Assembly (NCBI GenBank): GCA_036960905.1
Contig: JBALWM010000004.1
Coordinates: forward strand, 1-33,310
DNA from: Porticoccus sp.
GTDB taxonomy: Bacteria > Pseudomonadota > Gammaproteobacteria > Pseudomonadales > Porticoccaceae
Direction: 5' to 3'
DNA length: 33,310 nucleotides
The notes under the pieces were generated by a model that was not told the origin of the DNA, ran no database searches, and was given only the letters and a program-made list of their open reading frames with translations. The translations under genes were made by a program, and so were the position numbers. Positions 31,736 to 33,310 of the stretch are shown piece after piece (the stretch's first letter is position 1; each line of letters starts with the position of its first letter).

Positions 31736-33061
31736 TCAGGTTTTGCATGGAGCCCAAAGCGACTGCCGGCTGTAATGAATGAACATGCCGCTCATGAGTA
31801 GACTTCGAATAACGAGAAAGCTGAGGTAGGCCAGCCAAAGCCCATGATTGCCTAGTGACTGAGAAAAATACCATATGGGCAGAAACAGGCCAAAGGCAGC
31901 TAGTAACATGGTGTCTTGCATTGCTCGGGTTTTCCCTGCGCCGATAAAAATTCCATCAGCGGCAAAGCAGAGGAGCCCCGCCAAAGGCAAGGCTGTGAGC
32001 CATGGCCAATAATGTCGGGTTTCAGTGGCCACTTCGGGAAGGTCGGTGAAAATAGCAATGATGGACTCAGGGAAAAGGAGGTAGATGGCGGTGGCTACAC
32101 AGGAAATACCCAACCCCCAAAAAATAACTTCTTTGCAGATAGTGTAAAAGCTATCGAGGTCGTTCGTGCTGACAGCATGTCCTGTAAGTGATTCTGCAGC
32201 ATGGGCAAACCCGTCTTGGGTATAGGCCACCAGTAATAGTAATTGCAGTAAAATGGCATTGGCCGCGAGGATGCTGTCTCCTTGTCGAGCACCCTGAGCG
32301 GTGAAAAAAACCATAGTAAATACCAGGCAAGCCGTTCGGATAAACAGGTGGCGGTTGACCTTGAGTAATTCCCGATATCGACACCACTGATACAAATGTG
32401 GTCGATTAATCGACCCGTGCATCTTCGACAGCTGCATAGCGACCAGCACTAATGCCAGTAAAAAACCAAATAATTCAGCAGTAAAAGATGCCCAAGCGGC
32501 CCCTTTGCTGTTCATGTCCAAGCCAACGATAAACAGAAAATCCAAACCAATATTAGCTGTATTGGTAAATAGCATCAGCAGTAATGTCGCTTTGGCGCGT
32601 TGCAAACCCAGCAGCCAACCCATGACACAGAGGGTTCCAAGTGTGGCTGGTGCAGCAAAAATGCGAATTTGACAGTACTCAAAAGCAAGTTTGCGTACTT
32701 CATCAGAGGGTCTAATTAAATTGAGGATAGTTGTTAGTAATGGCGTCTGAAGTAACACCAACATAGATCCCAGAAGTGCAGAAAGTACCAGCGATTGAGC
32801 GAGTATTTCCAGGCACCGGCTATGGTCACCGGCACCCCAGGCTCGCGCAGTGAGTCCTGTGCTACCCATTCGAAGAAAGGCAAATAGCCAAAGAAGCATG
32901 ATCAAAACACTGCTGCCTGCAGCCACGGCACCAAGGTAATGAGCTTGCTCTAAATGGCCCAGAATAGCCGTGTCTACAAGGCCCAGAAGAGGGATGCTTA
33001 CGCTGGCGATGGTCATCGGTAGAGCTATAGATAGGACTTTTTGGCGATGTAGCTGATTCAT
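31736..33061 (-). CDS. dinF: MATE family efflux transporter, DinF type
   Basis: PLLGLVDTAILGHL, FLRMGSTGLTA, DGFAHAAE, DGIFIGA, LGNHGLW; start set at ATG 33061 rather than 33151. Confidence 0.92.
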   Translation of the reverse strand: MNQLHRQKVLSIALPMTIASVSIPLLGLVDTAILGHLEQAHYLGAVAAGSSVLIMLLWLFAFLRMGSTGLTARAWGAGDHSRCLEILAQSLVLSALLGSMLVLLQTPLLTTILNLIRPSDEVRKLAFEYCQIRIFAAPATLGTLCVMGWLLGLQRAKATLLLMLFTNTANIGLDFLFIVGLDMNSKGAAWASFTAELFGFLLALVLVAMQLSKMHGSINRPHLYQWCRYRELLKVNRHLFIRTACLVFTMVFFTAQGARQGDSILAANAILLQLLLLVAYTQDGFAHAAESLTGHAVSTNDLDSFYTICKEVIFWGLGISCVATAIYLLFPESIIAIFTDLPEVATETRHYWPWLTALPLAGLLCFAADGIFIGAGKTRAMQDTMLLAAFGLFLPIWYFSQSLGNHGLWLAYLSFLVIRSLLMSGMFIHYSRQSLWAPCKT

Positions 33062-33237
33062 GACATGGACGCTCTGCGTGATGCAGTATTCTGACAGAAA
33101 GGTTGATTGATGGTGTAGAGGGGTAATACGAAAGTCTGGTACAATCGGCAAGTGTCCCCTGCAAGATGTCGCGTATCGCGGTTATTTTTCAGGGGATTAA
33201 TAAAAATATAAACAATAACTTATTTGGAGATAGGGCG

Positions 33238-33310
33238 ATGTCAAGAAGAGCAAATATGCTTTTCGCGCTTGTGCTTGCCCCTGTAATGTCACTTGCCGCT
33301 TCAGGCAAAG
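33238..33310 (+). CDS. N-terminus of a probable secreted protein (truncated by window end)
   Basis: GGAG RBS then MSRRANMLFALVLAPVMSLAASGK..., which looks like a Sec signal peptide; open to the end of the window. Confidence 0.55.
   Translation, partial: MSRRANMLFALVLAPVMSLAASGK

Overview
This is a core, origin-proximal chromosomal segment of a gammaproteobacterium. Gene content and the AtpD indel suggest a Cellvibrionales/Pseudomonadales-like lineage (inference). The order is: 3' end of parA, parB, the complete atpIBEFHAGDC operon, glmU-glmS, a LapG-like lipoprotein cysteine peptidase, a remnant of an ETHE1-like persulfide dioxygenase, an RccR/HexR-type regulator, uvrD, an orphan lipoprotein TRAP binding protein, and an AT-rich patch with an unknown Gly-rich lipoprotein. 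Next come the minus-strand def-fmt-rsmB-trkA-trkH-TPR-trmY run, the plus-strand tsaP-dprA-purE-tsaC-hemF-aroE-pspE run, yrdA, yheV, a conserved hypothetical gene, a DinF-type MATE transporter and the start of a secreted protein. I found no CRISPR array, rRNA, tRNA, prophage or intact mobile element, and I cannot support a new multi-gene system. The best leads are small. They are the unannotated ETHE1 gene fragment and the lapD-less lapG at the attTn7 position, a structured GGA-repeat leader before dprA, a perfect HexR-type operator, and bacterial trmY appended to the def-fmt operon. There is also an apparent oriC-symmetric rearrangement whose junction lies in or near the AT-rich patch.
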